A stretch of 64,000 bases of DNA, taken from an uncultured Bacillales bacterium (GTDB taxonomy: Bacteria > Bacillota > Bacilli > Tepidibacillales > Tepidibacillaceae). The notes beneath the pieces are model-generated. The model ran no database searches. It saw nothing but the letters and a program-made list of their open reading frames with translations, and was not told the origin of the DNA. Below, in pieces: positions 28,759 to 38,284 of this stretch. Positions within the stretch are counted from its first letter, which is position 1. The number at the start of each line of letters is the position of its first letter. The stretch is from NCBI GenBank assembly GCA_964568525.1, contig CAZMPM010000001.1, positions 21,307 to 85,306 on the forward strand. The letters are read 5' to 3'. The position numbers were made by a program, and so were the translations under genes.

Positions 28759-28769
28759 TTTAATATAGA

Positions 28770-29534
28770 TTAGTTTGCTGTCCAGCCACCATCAGCGACT
28801 AGCGTGATTCCGTTAACGAAGCTTGCATCATCTGAAACTAAGAATAAAGCAACTTGTGCAATTTGTTCTGGTTCACCGCTAGGTGCATGATCGGAAGCAG
28901 CTCCTTTAGTTAGTGCTTCAAGACCAAGCATATCAGGAGCTGTAATAGTAGCTCCAATATTTGTATTTACACCACCAGGGGCAATAGCATTACAACGAAT
29001 TCCAAATTGACCATAGGTAGCAGCAATATTTTTGGTAAGTCCGACTAGCCCGTGTTTGGAAGCGACATAAGATGCTCCGCCCCTAGTTCCAAAAAGGCCA
29101 CCGACTGATGCTGTATTAATAATTGCTCCACCTGTTGCTTGCTCTTTCATAATATTAAGTGCAAGACGTGATGCCATCATTGGTGCAGTAAGGTTAATCG
29201 CAAGAACACGATTCCACAAATCATTTTGAAGATTTCCTACTGTTACAAAATTGTCCATAATTCCTGCGTTGTTAACTAGGATATCTAGTTTGCCGTAGGT
29301 TTTCACAGCAGTATTGATCATATTCTCGATATCTTCTTCTTTCGTAACGTTAGTTGGTACAGCAATTGCTGTTCCGCCCTTAGCCTTAATTTGGTCGACA
29401 ACTGCTTGTAGACCCTCAGCGTTAAGATCGGCTGCCACAACTTTAGCACCTTCTGCAGCAAACAGTGTTACTATCGCTTTTCCCATCCCTGAAGCTGCAC
29501 CTGTAACAACCGCAACTTTGTTTTGTAATTTCAT
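28770..29534 (-). CDS. SDR family oxidoreductase
   Basis: TGAASGMGKA cofactor motif, NNAG, and the catalytic YVASKHG. Confidence 0.85.
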   Translation of the reverse strand: MKLQNKVAVVTGAASGMGKAIVTLFAAEGAKVVAADLNAEGLQAVVDQIKAKGGTAIAVPTNVTKEEDIENMINTAVKTYGKLDILVNNAGIMDNFVTVGNLQNDLWNRVLAINLTAPMMASRLALNIMKEQATGGAIINTASVGGLFGTRGGASYVASKHGLVGLTKNIAATYGQFGIRCNAIAPGGVNTNIGATITAPDMLGLEALTKGAASDHAPSGEPEQIAQVALFLVSDDASFVNGITLVADGGWTAN

Positions 29535-29598
29535 TTTTTCTCCTCCTCTTTTTTTCTTACATTCACTTCGAATTTACTGTAATCAAAAGCTTATAAAC

Positions 29599-30333
29599 CT
29601 AAATAGCAGTAATACCACCATCAACTACGAATTCAGCTCCGGTTGAGTAGCTAGAATCGTCTGAAGCTAAATATAACACAAGGTTAGAAACTTCAATCGG
29701 TTCAGCAATTCTTCTGAGCGGAATCATTTTAGCAAATTCTTGTATCGCATCCTTGCTATCTTCTTGCATAATCATTGGGGTACTAATCACACCAGGATGC
29801 ACTGAGTTTACACGAATGTTGTAGTGTGTGCATTCCACTGCCGCTGCTTTTGTCATTCCGCGTACTGCAAATTTGGTATCAGTATAACCGATTGCGCCGC
29901 CCACGAGACCGTTAATTGAAGAAATATTAATTATTGAACCTTTGCCTGCTTTCTGCATAGAAGGAATCGTTGCTTTCATTCCAAGGAAAACAGATACCTG
30001 GTTAATATCTACAATTTTTCTGTACTCTTGTTCAGACATCGTTAGTATTGATTTGGCAAGAGAAATTCCAGCGTTATTCACTAAAACTGTTACTGGTCCA
30101 AAGTGCTTTTCCGCTGCGGCAATAACGTTTGCCCAATCGTCTGCATTAGTAACATTATGTTTAACAAATATTGCATTAGGGGCAAGTTTACTAGCCAACT
30201 CTTTTCCTTTTTCTTCATTTAAATCAGTTAAAACAACCTTGGCTCCTTCTTTTACAAATAGCTCTGCATGTGATGCACCCATTCCCTGTGCTGCACCAGT
30301 AATAATTGCTACTTTTCCTTCTAATTTTTTCAT
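29599..30333 (-). CDS. SDR family oxidoreductase
   Basis: TGAAQGMGAS, NNAG and YTDTKFA motifs. Confidence 0.85.
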   Translation of the reverse strand: MKKLEGKVAIITGAAQGMGASHAELFVKEGAKVVLTDLNEEKGKELASKLAPNAIFVKHNVTNADDWANVIAAAEKHFGPVTVLVNNAGISLAKSILTMSEQEYRKIVDINQVSVFLGMKATIPSMQKAGKGSIINISSINGLVGGAIGYTDTKFAVRGMTKAAAVECTHYNIRVNSVHPGVISTPMIMQEDSKDAIQEFAKMIPLRRIAEPIEVSNLVLYLASDDSSYSTGAEFVVDGGITAI

Positions 30334-30566
30334 TGTTCTCCTCCTTAAAAATCTCTTTTTTTCAAAGATTGCTCATTTTGAGCGATGTTATTTTTATTAT
30401 AATATATAAATACATTTTGCACAATATTTATTATCTCTTTTTATAGGAAGATTTATAAATAAATTAACTTTTTTTTTATTTGTTTAAATATGTTGTTATT
30501 GATTGCTATTATATATAATAAAATATATAAGTACTTTACCAATATTGGTAGAATGGAGGAGTTTAG

Positions 30567-31121
30567 ATGGGTGGCTATATTTTTGGCGCAGTATTAGCAC
30601 TAATTGTTATCGGTGTATTATGGGTAGTCTCGGTGCAACGTTCACTGGTTACTTATGATGAAAATGTTAATAATGCAATGTCGCAGATTGGTGTACAGCT
30701 TTCGACACGCTGGGATGCTTTAACAGCATTACTTGATCTCACAAAAGGCTATGCGGAGTACGAGTATCGAGCGATTACGGATACAATTAAATTGCGGAGA
30801 ACGATTACGCGTGATTCTTCGCCGCAAGAGGTAATGGAACAAGAAACGCTTATTACGGACGCACTCAGTAGAATTATGGCTATTGCAGAGAATTATCCTG
30901 ATTTAAAAGTTAATCAGACCTATATAAAAACAATGGATTCACTTAATCTTTATGAAAACATGGTTAGAACTAGTAGACAGATTTATAATGACTCTGTCAC
31001 AAAATTAAATCGTGCGATTCGAATGTTTCCAACAAATTTAATTGCTGGGCCTTTGGGATTCACACAACGCGATTATCTAGAGGCTGTTGAAAGTAAGGCT
31101 AATATGCCGGACATGAAGTAA
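30567..31121 (+). CDS. lemA: LemA family protein
   Basis: An N-terminal TM helix, then the pattern YDENVNNAMSQIGVQLSTRWD...YPDLKVNQ...YNDSVTKLN...FP. Confidence 0.85.
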   Translation: MGGYIFGAVLALIVIGVLWVVSVQRSLVTYDENVNNAMSQIGVQLSTRWDALTALLDLTKGYAEYEYRAITDTIKLRRTITRDSSPQEVMEQETLITDALSRIMAIAENYPDLKVNQTYIKTMDSLNLYENMVRTSRQIYNDSVTKLNRAIRMFPTNLIAGPLGFTQRDYLEAVESKANMPDMK

Positions 31122-31134
31122 TTCTGATTCTCCA

Positions 31135-32877
31135 TTGGAGGCGTTTACGATTAAGAAAATCTCGGTAGTTCTTTTTAGTATGTTTATTCTACTGTGTGCA
31201 TTTGCACCGGTTGTTTTTGCTGCAAATAATGTTGAGAACATCGATATTAAGGTTGTTATAAACGATGATGGGTCGGCTAGTATTACTCAAATCTGGCGAG
31301 GGTCGTTTAATGAAGGAACAGAAGCTTATGTTGTAATTAATAATCTTGATGGTATGACGATTGAGGATTTTCAGGTTCGTGATCTTAATGGGCCATTTAC
31401 TTATAAAGCTAATTGGGATATAAACGGAAGTTTTCAAAGCAAATACCGCCAATATGGCATTGTTACTACAGCAGAAGGCTATGAGTTATGCTGGGGATTA
31501 TCCGAGTATGGTAATCGTGAGTATACCATTTCCTATAAAATACGTGGAATTGTAGGTTCATATCTCGATGATGATGGATTTAACTTTCAGTTTGTAAACC
31601 CAGGTATGAACACGATCCCCACTGATGCCACGGTTGAGCTTTATTTAGCGAATGGGACTATCCTTAATCAGGATAATACTGGTATTTGGGCATTTGGCTA
31701 TTACGGACAAATTATTTTTATGGAGAATGGACACGTCTACGCTTTTACAGAAAAACCATTATCAAGCAGTGATATGCATATAACAATCATGATCCGTCTT
31801 AATAAGGATCTAATTAGTCCAGAAAGAGTAACTAATCAATATTTTGCAGATGTAATTGACAAGGCGTTTATTGACAGTGATTATTCGCAGAATGGCGAGG
31901 TTATACCCGATCAGGGTAACGGATTTGTACCAGATCAGGCAGAGGAACCGTCTTTTCTAGTAAAAATTATGATGACGCTTGCGGCAGCAGTCCCAATTGC
32001 GATTTTTGGCGGGATAGGTCTTAGAGCATTTCGCAAACAGAGAAAGCTTAGCCAATTATATAAAGATGCTAATTATTTTCGTGATATTCCTTTTAAGGGC
32101 GAGATGGAACCGGCATATGTGTTGGCAAAAGATTATGGCCAAGCAAAAGAAGATGGAAACTTAATCGGTGCGGCATTCTTAAGGCTGATTAATGAAAATA
32201 GTTTAGTACCAATCGATGAAAAGAGTGTCGGTTTTTTCGGGCGTGAGCGGGTGAGTATTTCACTTAGACTGGTTAAACCTCCGGTAGATGCTGGTTATAC
32301 AGCCGAAAAACTCTATAATCTATTAATTCTTGCTAGTGGAGAAGATCAAATTCTCCAAGAAAAAGAATTAGAGAAATATTCGAAGAAAAATTATAAGGCA
32401 CTGCTTGATATCGTTAATGAGGCTAAGGCTGAAGGGGAGAGAGCACTTCGCAACTTGCAGATTTATGAGAAGACAAAGGAAACAAAATTATTAGGTTTAT
32501 CTAAATTTGGTGAGGATCAACTTACTAATATTATGGGTTTTAAAAAGTTTTTATTAGATTTTTCTTTGATTAATGAGCGAGGTATTTCTGAGGCAATCCT
32601 CTGGCAGGATTATTTGACATTTGCTACACTATTTGGGATTGCTGATAAAACGATTGAACAATTTAAAAAGGTTTATCCAGTTCCGACAGATTATAGTGAA
32701 CAGGCGCTGTATTCCTATCAGCTTTCAACCACTTATATGCACGCATCTTATTTAGCAGCGTTTGCTGCGGGGCAAGCTGCTGCAAATACTGCTCGCTCGT
32801 CCGGTTTTGGTGGAGGCGCCTCATTTGGCGGTGGCGGTGGTTTTAGCGGCGGTGGAATGGGTGGCGGAACTCGTTAA
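31135..32877 (+). CDS. DUF2207 domain-containing membrane protein
   Basis: Signal peptide, an extracellular beta-rich domain, a central TM helix, and a C-terminal Gly-rich tail SSGFGGGASFGGGGGFSGGGMGGG. Usual LemA partner. The start codon (TTG at 31135) is uncertain. Confidence 0.75.
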   Translation: MEAFTIKKISVVLFSMFILLCAFAPVVFAANNVENIDIKVVINDDGSASITQIWRGSFNEGTEAYVVINNLDGMTIEDFQVRDLNGPFTYKANWDINGSFQSKYRQYGIVTTAEGYELCWGLSEYGNREYTISYKIRGIVGSYLDDDGFNFQFVNPGMNTIPTDATVELYLANGTILNQDNTGIWAFGYYGQIIFMENGHVYAFTEKPLSSSDMHITIMIRLNKDLISPERVTNQYFADVIDKAFIDSDYSQNGEVIPDQGNGFVPDQAEEPSFLVKIMMTLAAAVPIAIFGGIGLRAFRKQRKLSQLYKDANYFRDIPFKGEMEPAYVLAKDYGQAKEDGNLIGAAFLRLINENSLVPIDEKSVGFFGRERVSISLRLVKPPVDAGYTAEKLYNLLILASGEDQILQEKELEKYSKKNYKALLDIVNEAKAEGERALRNLQIYEKTKETKLLGLSKFGEDQLTNIMGFKKFLLDFSLINERGISEAILWQDYLTFATLFGIADKTIEQFKKVYPVPTDYSEQALYSYQLSTTYMHASYLAAFAAGQAAANTARSSGFGGGASFGGGGGFSGGGMGGGTR

Positions 32878-32932
32878 ATAGTGATAGTCAATGTCATTAG
32901 GGTAAATAAAAAAAGTATTTGAGGTGATTGGA

Positions 32933-33586
32933 ATGAACGAAAAATTATTACAACAGTTTTTGGATAGTAATGTACAAAAAACTCTGGGTAAAACGATTAA
33001 CGCAAAACCAGAGGAGATTTCCAAGCTTACAGAGATTGCGATACCGACTTTACTTGCTGGTCTTGGCAGAAACTCAAGCACTGACGAAGGAGCGCGACTG
33101 CTGTTAGATGCACTTACTCAACATGAGGATAAAGATGTGAGCAATCTTGAGAAAGCACTGAAATCTGTGGATAAAGAGGATGGCTCGAAAATTATTGGGC
33201 ATATTTTTGGTAGTGAGACTGAGAAGATTCAGAGTAATCTAGCTAAAGAGTCAGGTTTAGCTGCCAATCAAGTCTCAGACATTTTAAATCAGTTAGCACC
33301 ACTGCTAATGGGTGCTTTAGGGCAAGAGAAAAAAGCAGGGAAACTTGATTCTAGTAGTCTTTCAAAAATTCTTCTAAGTTTAGTTGGTAGTGGCAGCAGT
33401 AGCGGGGTGTTAGATATTGTTATTGATCTTTTTACCGGGGGTAGTGATAATGCATTGACAGATCTCGTTGGTAATCTGCTTGGTGGTAAAAAGGACAGCA
33501 AAAAAACAACTAAGAAGCCAATTAAGAAAGCAACAAAAAAAGATTCTGGGGATCTTTTAGATACATTTCTAAAATTATTAAAATAG
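32933..33586 (+). CDS. DUF937 domain-containing protein
   Basis: The pattern IPTLLAGLGRNSS...LLDAL...GHIFG...LAPLLMGALG, with a Lys-rich tail. A GAGGTG RBS lies 6 nt before the ATG at 32933. Confidence 0.6.
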   Translation: MNEKLLQQFLDSNVQKTLGKTINAKPEEISKLTEIAIPTLLAGLGRNSSTDEGARLLLDALTQHEDKDVSNLEKALKSVDKEDGSKIIGHIFGSETEKIQSNLAKESGLAANQVSDILNQLAPLLMGALGQEKKAGKLDSSSLSKILLSLVGSGSSSGVLDIVIDLFTGGSDNALTDLVGNLLGGKKDSKKTTKKPIKKATKKDSGDLLDTFLKLLK

Positions 33587-33600
33587 ATTGTTAGAAGGTT

Positions 33601-33625
33601 AAAAGAGGCCTACTGGCCTCTTTTT
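33601..33625. terminator. bidirectional terminator hairpin
   Basis: AAAAGAGGCC-TACT-GGCCTCTTTTT. It overlaps the stop of the PHP gene. Confidence 0.7.
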
Positions 33626-34458
33626 CTCTTATCTGCAATTAATTTTAGCTGTTCAACAGAGGCGATAGGGACTAAATGGCAGCCTAATTGGCCATGATAG
33701 GGTTCTCCGTTGCGAAAACCATGGTAGTCCGAGCCGCCGGCAATCACCAAAGAGTTCTTTTTAGCGATATTTTTTAGCGTTGTAGTTGTTTGTTTACTAT
33801 GTTCCGGGTGATATACTTCAATTCCGTCGATGTCGTATTCAATTAATCGTTTAAGCAAATGCACATCATTATAAAGCCCGGGATGGGCAACAACGACAGC
33901 GCCGTGAGCCGCTTGTACTATATTAATTCCCCTCTCGGGAGAAATAGACTCTGTATTGACATAGGCTAATCCGGTCTCGCCCAGATATTTATTAAACGCC
34001 TCGCCAACGCTTTTTACCACACCTTTCTCACACAAAATTTGAGCAATATGAGGTCTGCCTACTCTGGTGTCAGCGGCTACAGCTTTGGCATTTACTTCTT
34101 CAATCGTAATTGCAATTCCCAGCTGATTTAGTTTAGTGATGATGTGTTGATTTCTATTTGTTTTTGCTAAGCGTAAAGCTTTTAGCCGCTCAATTAGTAG
34201 GGGGTTCTGATAATCAATAAAATAACCCAGAATGTGGACATCTTGCCCATTATTTGTTGTACTTAATTCAATCCCTGGAATAATGGATAAATTTTTATAA
34301 TTACTAGCTGCTGTTACAGCTTCGGCGATTCCTGATACTGAGTCATGGTCGGTAATTGCGATTGCAGCTAAGCCTAGAGCAGCAGCTTTTTGCACGACTA
34401 GCTCGGATGAATCAAGACCATCAGAGTAATATGTATGGACATGTAGATCAGCGAACAT
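33610..34458 (-). CDS. PHP domain-containing phosphoesterase (TrpH/YciV-like)
   Basis: N-terminal DLHVHTYYSDG, then ITDHDS and GGSDYHG metal-ligand motifs. Confidence 0.85.
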   Translation of the reverse strand: MFADLHVHTYYSDGLDSSELVVQKAAALGLAAIAITDHDSVSGIAEAVTAASNYKNLSIIPGIELSTTNNGQDVHILGYFIDYQNPLLIERLKALRLAKTNRNQHIITKLNQLGIAITIEEVNAKAVAADTRVGRPHIAQILCEKGVVKSVGEAFNKYLGETGLAYVNTESISPERGINIVQAAHGAVVVAHPGLYNDVHLLKRLIEYDIDGIEVYHPEHSKQTTTTLKNIAKKNSLVIAGGSDYHGFRNGEPYHGQLGCHLVPIASVEQLKLIADKRKRGQ

Positions 34459-34570
34459 GACATCACCCCGTTAAATTTTTGTTTACTGGGAGTTTGACAA
34501 ATCGCACAGTAAATAGTAAACTAGCTAATGTTGCATCTTTAATATATCACAATTTAATATGATAAAAAGG

Positions 34571-34599
34571 TTGAGATAACCAAATAATTACGGTATAAT
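34571..34599 (+). promoter_or_regulatory. sigma-A type promoter for the tRNA cluster
   Basis: TTGAGA, a 17-nt spacer, then TATAAT (34594-34599), about 30 nt upstream of the first tRNA. Confidence 0.55.
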
Positions 34600-34630
34600 T
34601 GTAAAGCACTCTAATTTTATGGATTAATGC

Positions 34631-34706
34631 CGCGGGGTGGAGCAGTTGGCAGCTCGTCGGGCTCATAACCCGGAGGTCGCAGGTTCAAGTCCTGCCCCCG
34701 CAACCA
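34631..34706 (+). tRNA. tRNA-fMet (initiator, anticodon CAT)
   Basis: A cloverleaf folds by hand. It has a C1-A72 mismatch (CGCGGGG...CCCCGCA), three G-C pairs closing the anticodon stem, and an encoded CCA. Confidence 0.9.
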
Positions 34707-34776
34707 AAAATATGCAATTATATTTTTTTTTGCGTAAAATAAATGGCCAGGTAGTGGCAAAAGCGTTTATGCACGT

Positions 34777-34853
34777 GGAGCTGTGGTGTAGAGGCCTAAC
34801 ATGCCTGCCTGTCACGCAGGAGATCGCGGGTTCGAATCCCGTCAGCTCCGCCA
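34777..34853 (+). tRNA. tRNA-Asp (anticodon GTC)
   Basis: GGAGCTG...CAGCTCC acceptor stem, anticodon loop CTGTCAC, T-loop GGTTCGAATCC, and an encoded CCA. Confidence 0.9.
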
Positions 34854-34866
34854 TTAAATTAGCTGC

Positions 34867-34942
<76 letters not shown>

Positions 34943-34962
34943 TTTAGATTTAAATATTGCAA

Positions 34963-35051
34963 GCCGGGGTGGCGGAACTGGCAGACGCACAGGACTTAAA
35001 ATCCTGCGGTAGGTGACTATCGTACCGGTTCGATTCCGGTCCTCGGCACCA
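34963..35051 (+). tRNA. tRNA-Leu (anticodon TAA), class II with long variable arm
   Basis: GCCGGGG/CCTCGGC acceptor stem, anticodon loop CTTAAAA, a long variable arm, 89 nt, and an encoded CCA. Confidence 0.9.
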
Positions 35052-35225
35052 TTTTAATTTAAAATCATTAGTGGAAAACATGTGAAAGCATGTTTTTCTG
35101 TCCTTTCTTCAACTTTTCTCGACAGAATCATAAGATATCTTAATATTTTCATCATACTCTCTAAATATTTAGCTGTTATTATAATGTCACAGGAAGTTAA
35201 ATAGATTAAAAGGAGGGAATAAGAT

Positions 35226-35783
35226 ATGAAAAAGAAAACATTAATTATCGCTTTAGTTTTGGTGGTTGGTCTAGTACTAGCTGCAACACCTGCACTGGCA
35301 GCGATGAGCTACACTGATTTCCAAGCTGCGCAACAAGCGCGAGTAGCTAATAGCAATGGTATGGGCAAATATTTTGCAGGCACACAGCATACTTTTACAG
35401 CGAAGCAACTTGGTTTGACTGAGGAAGAATTATATAATCAACGCATTGCTGGAAAATCAATTCTTGAGATTGCAACTGCAAAAGGAATATCTCAAACAGA
35501 ATTAACTGCTGCTCTAGTTGCTGCAAAAATTGACCAAATCAACGGACTATATGCTAATGGTACAATTACACAAGAAAGACAAGCCTATATGTTATCAAAC
35601 GTTGAAGCGAATACAGCACAAAAAATTACTAGAACTACTATTGGCGGACAACAAGGTTTTGGTAAACGTGGTGGCGGAATGAGTCAAGGAGTGGGATTGA
35701 ACCAAAACATGCAAAACCAATTCGGTAAAGGCATGGGTGGAAAAGGTATGGGCGGTAGCGGTTTCGGTTTATTCGGAAACTAA
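35226..35783 (+). CDS. secreted protein with Gly/Met-rich C-terminal tail, unknown function
   Basis: An AAGGAGGG RBS, a signal peptide ending ALA-A, a helical core containing NGTITQERQAYM, and a tail GFGKRGGGMSQG...GKGMGGKGMGGSGFGLFGN. Confidence 0.7.
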   Translation: MKKKTLIIALVLVVGLVLAATPALAAMSYTDFQAAQQARVANSNGMGKYFAGTQHTFTAKQLGLTEEELYNQRIAGKSILEIATAKGISQTELTAALVAAKIDQINGLYANGTITQERQAYMLSNVEANTAQKITRTTIGGQQGFGKRGGGMSQGVGLNQNMQNQFGKGMGGKGMGGSGFGLFGN

Positions 35784-35800
35784 TAGCACACATTACTCAA

Positions 35801-35834
35801 AAGGGGACTGCTTGAAAAAGTGGTCTCCTTTTTT
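35801..35834 (+). terminator. rho-independent terminator
   Basis: AAGGGGAC/GTCTCCTT stem (one G-U pair) followed by TTTTTT. Confidence 0.6.
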
Positions 35835-35844
35835 GCTGTAGAGA

Positions 35845-35873
35845 TTGACTTTCAACTTTAGGATTGCTACTAT
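35845..35873 (+). promoter_or_regulatory. promoter for the solitary tRNA-Val
   Basis: TTGACT, a 17-nt spacer, then TACTAT, 14 nt upstream of the tRNA 5' end. Confidence 0.5.
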
Positions 35874-35887
35874 TTAAAGTGTGTTTT

Positions 35888-35963
35888 GACTCGGTAGCTC
35901 AGTAGGGAGAGCACCATCTTGACAGGGTGGGGGTCGCTGGTTCGAGCCCAGTCCGAGTCACCA
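35888..35963 (+). tRNA. tRNA-Val (anticodon GAC)
   Basis: GACTCGG/CCGAGTC acceptor stem, anticodon loop TTGACAG, T-arm GGTTCGAGCC, and an encoded CCA. Confidence 0.85.
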
Positions 35964-35999
35964 TTACTATAAGTTAAAATGAGCAAGGAGTTGAGAATT

Positions 36000-36443
36000 A
36001 TGGTTGGCATCGCAATCAGAGTAGTTATTTATGTATTATTAATACTTGTTATTATATATGTACTAAAACATTTATTTACTTCGAACACGCCTTCGATGAG
36101 GGAGCACGAGCTAACTCGAGAAGCCACTAAATCATTTGATAAGATTACCTATGCTGGAGGTACTACGACAATTAAAGAAATCAATGTAACGGGCACCCTT
36201 CATATTTCTAGGGAATTAATTGTATTTGATGATGGTGAGAAGAATTTATTTACGATTATTATCAAAAATATTACAAATAGTTCAGTTGTAAAAATTGATG
36301 AGGATGGTAAGGCAAAAAGCTATATTAGGATTGAATATCGGAATGATGATAATGCACCGCGCTCCGTGATGTTGCATTCTAATTTTAATAAGGAGTACGC
36401 ACAACGAATTGCTGTCGAGATTAATAAGCGGATTGCACAATAA
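36000..36443 (+). CDS. N-terminally membrane-anchored hypothetical protein
   Basis: ATG at 36000 has an AAGGAG RBS 9 nt upstream. The track start at 35979 abuts the tRNA and lacks an RBS. One TM helix, then a soluble roughly 110-aa domain. Confidence 0.6.
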   Translation: MVGIAIRVVIYVLLILVIIYVLKHLFTSNTPSMREHELTREATKSFDKITYAGGTTTIKEINVTGTLHISRELIVFDDGEKNLFTIIIKNITNSSVVKIDEDGKAKSYIRIEYRNDDNAPRSVMLHSNFNKEYAQRIAVEINKRIAQ

Positions 36444-36460
36444 AAAATTAGTAAAACTAA

Positions 36461-36491
36461 AACCCTTCGCTAGAAGGGCCTTTTATTTTTA
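36461..36491. terminator. bidirectional terminator hairpin
   Basis: CCCTTC-GCTA-GAAGGG with flanking A-runs/T-runs, between convergent genes. Confidence 0.6.
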
Positions 36492-36495
36492 AACA

Positions 36496-37290
36496 TTAAT
36501 TTAAGATTGCTCGGTCAAGTGTGAAGCTTTCGCCACGCACCTCTTCAAATGCCTTAATTAAATCAGGGATTGTCATCTGTGCTTTTTGTTCAGCATTTAG
36601 TTCGATTATTATTTCGCCTTGATGCATCATGATTAAGCGATTGCCAAACTTTAACGCTTGCCCCATGTTATGTGTAATCATCAAAGTTGTTAAATTATTT
36701 TCCGATACAATCTTATGCGTCAACTCATTGATTAACTCAGCTCGTTTTGGATCAAGTGCTGCAGTATGCTCATCCAAAAGCAATATTTTTGGGTTAGTAA
36801 AGGTTGCCATTAATAAGCTCAGCGCTTGCCTTTCTCCGCCCGATAGAACGCCGACCTTCTGTTCTAAGCGATTTTCTAAGTTTAAACCAATCACTTCAAG
36901 CGCACTTTTAAAATACTCTTGCTTTTTGTGGTTAATCGCTTTATTTAACTTGCGCGGCTCACCACGTTTAAAAGCCATAGTCAGGTTTTCTTCGATCGTC
37001 ATATGTGGGGCCGTACCCGCCATTGGATCTTGGAACACGCGTCCAATATACTTTGCGCGCTGGTACTCCATCAGTTTTGTAACATCTTTACCATCAATAA
37101 AGATACTTCCATTATCAATTCCGTAGACCCCGGCGATGGCATTTAGCAAGGTTGATTTGCCGGCACCATTTGAACCGATTACAGTTACAAAATCGCCTGG
37201 TTGCAAATGCAAGCTAATATTATTTAATGCAGTTTTCTCATTAACAGTTCCAATGTTAAAGGTTTTGTAAATATTATTTATGCTTAGCAT
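36496..37290 (-). CDS. ABC transporter ATP-binding protein
   Basis: Walker A GSNGAGKST, signature LSGGERQAL and Walker B LLLDEHTAALD. Confidence 0.9.
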   Translation of the reverse strand: MLSINNIYKTFNIGTVNEKTALNNISLHLQPGDFVTVIGSNGAGKSTLLNAIAGVYGIDNGSIFIDGKDVTKLMEYQRAKYIGRVFQDPMAGTAPHMTIEENLTMAFKRGEPRKLNKAINHKKQEYFKSALEVIGLNLENRLEQKVGVLSGGERQALSLLMATFTNPKILLLDEHTAALDPKRAELINELTHKIVSENNLTTLMITHNMGQALKFGNRLIMMHQGEIIIELNAEQKAQMTIPDLIKAFEEVRGESFTLDRAILN

Positions 37291-38259
37291 CTAATCACTC
37301 TCCCCTAGATCATCAATAATTGTGTTATTGGAGATTTTGTTTATGCCCCGTTTAAGTCTATATCTCTCTGAGATGTGAGGAAAGATCAGTGCAATTGCCA
37401 CAATAATAGCAGTAATTAATTTCATATCTGTTGGACCAATAAATGGCAAATAGATCGCTAAAGCGATTACAAAACGATAGATTATCGCCCCAATAATAAC
37501 GGCAAATGAAGCTTTTTTGATACTTTTAGAGCCAAAAATCACATACCCGATAATAACGGATGCTAGACCAATTACGATCATACCTACACCCATTTGGACA
37601 TCGGCGTAACCTTGATATTGCGCTAGCATTCCGCCAGATAGTCCGACTAAACCATTTGCTAACATTAGTCCAACCACAATTGTAAGATTAGTATTTACGC
37701 CGAAACTTCTAATCATTTTAGGGTTATCGCCTGTTGCACAAATTGCCAATCCGAAATCGGTTCGCAAAAACCAATCGATAATTTTTTTAATAACAATGAT
37801 TGTTATCAGCAAGGCAATAACAAGAAGCCACTGGTTCAAAGTTAATATAAATTTTGTCTCGCCGAAGTTTGTTGCCAACTTTTCTCGAAGACTAAGCAAA
37901 GGTGTGAAGATTGAATCTTGCCGATAAATTGAGATATTGGCAGTACCCATTATTTTTAAGTTAATAGAATAAAGTGCTGTCATCGTCAAAATACCAGCAA
38001 GTAGTCCATCAATTTTGCCTTTTGTATGAAGCAAAGCAGTTACCATTCCAGCAAGTGCGCCGCCAACAAAAGCGAAAAGTAATGAGACAAATGGATTAAC
38101 ACCATTTACTATCAATAAAGCAGATAGAGCAGCTCCCATTGGGAAGCTACCCTCAACTGATAAGTCGGCAAACTCCAGTATCTTAAAAGACATGAAGACT
38201 CCTAAGGCCATTATTGCATAAATTAAACCCTGCTCAAGTGAGCCGATTATTATACCCAT
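37291..38259 (-). CDS. ABC transporter permease
   Basis: A polytopic membrane protein directly abutting the ATPase gene, with no gap. Confidence 0.85.
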   Translation of the reverse strand: MGIIIGSLEQGLIYAIMALGVFMSFKILEFADLSVEGSFPMGAALSALLIVNGVNPFVSLLFAFVGGALAGMVTALLHTKGKIDGLLAGILTMTALYSINLKIMGTANISIYRQDSIFTPLLSLREKLATNFGETKFILTLNQWLLVIALLITIIVIKKIIDWFLRTDFGLAICATGDNPKMIRSFGVNTNLTIVVGLMLANGLVGLSGGMLAQYQGYADVQMGVGMIVIGLASVIIGYVIFGSKSIKKASFAVIIGAIIYRFVIALAIYLPFIGPTDMKLITAIIVAIALIFPHISERYRLKRGINKISNNTIIDDLGESD

Positions 38260-38284
38260 TTAAACACTCCTACGCTGTATATAT

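Noticed and set aside
34707-34776. A possible extra or degenerate tRNA in the 70-nt spacer between tRNA-fMet and tRNA-Asp.
   Set aside because: No acceptor-stem or T-loop (GTTCRA) pattern could be folded. Only an AT-only hairpin followed by a T-run is present.
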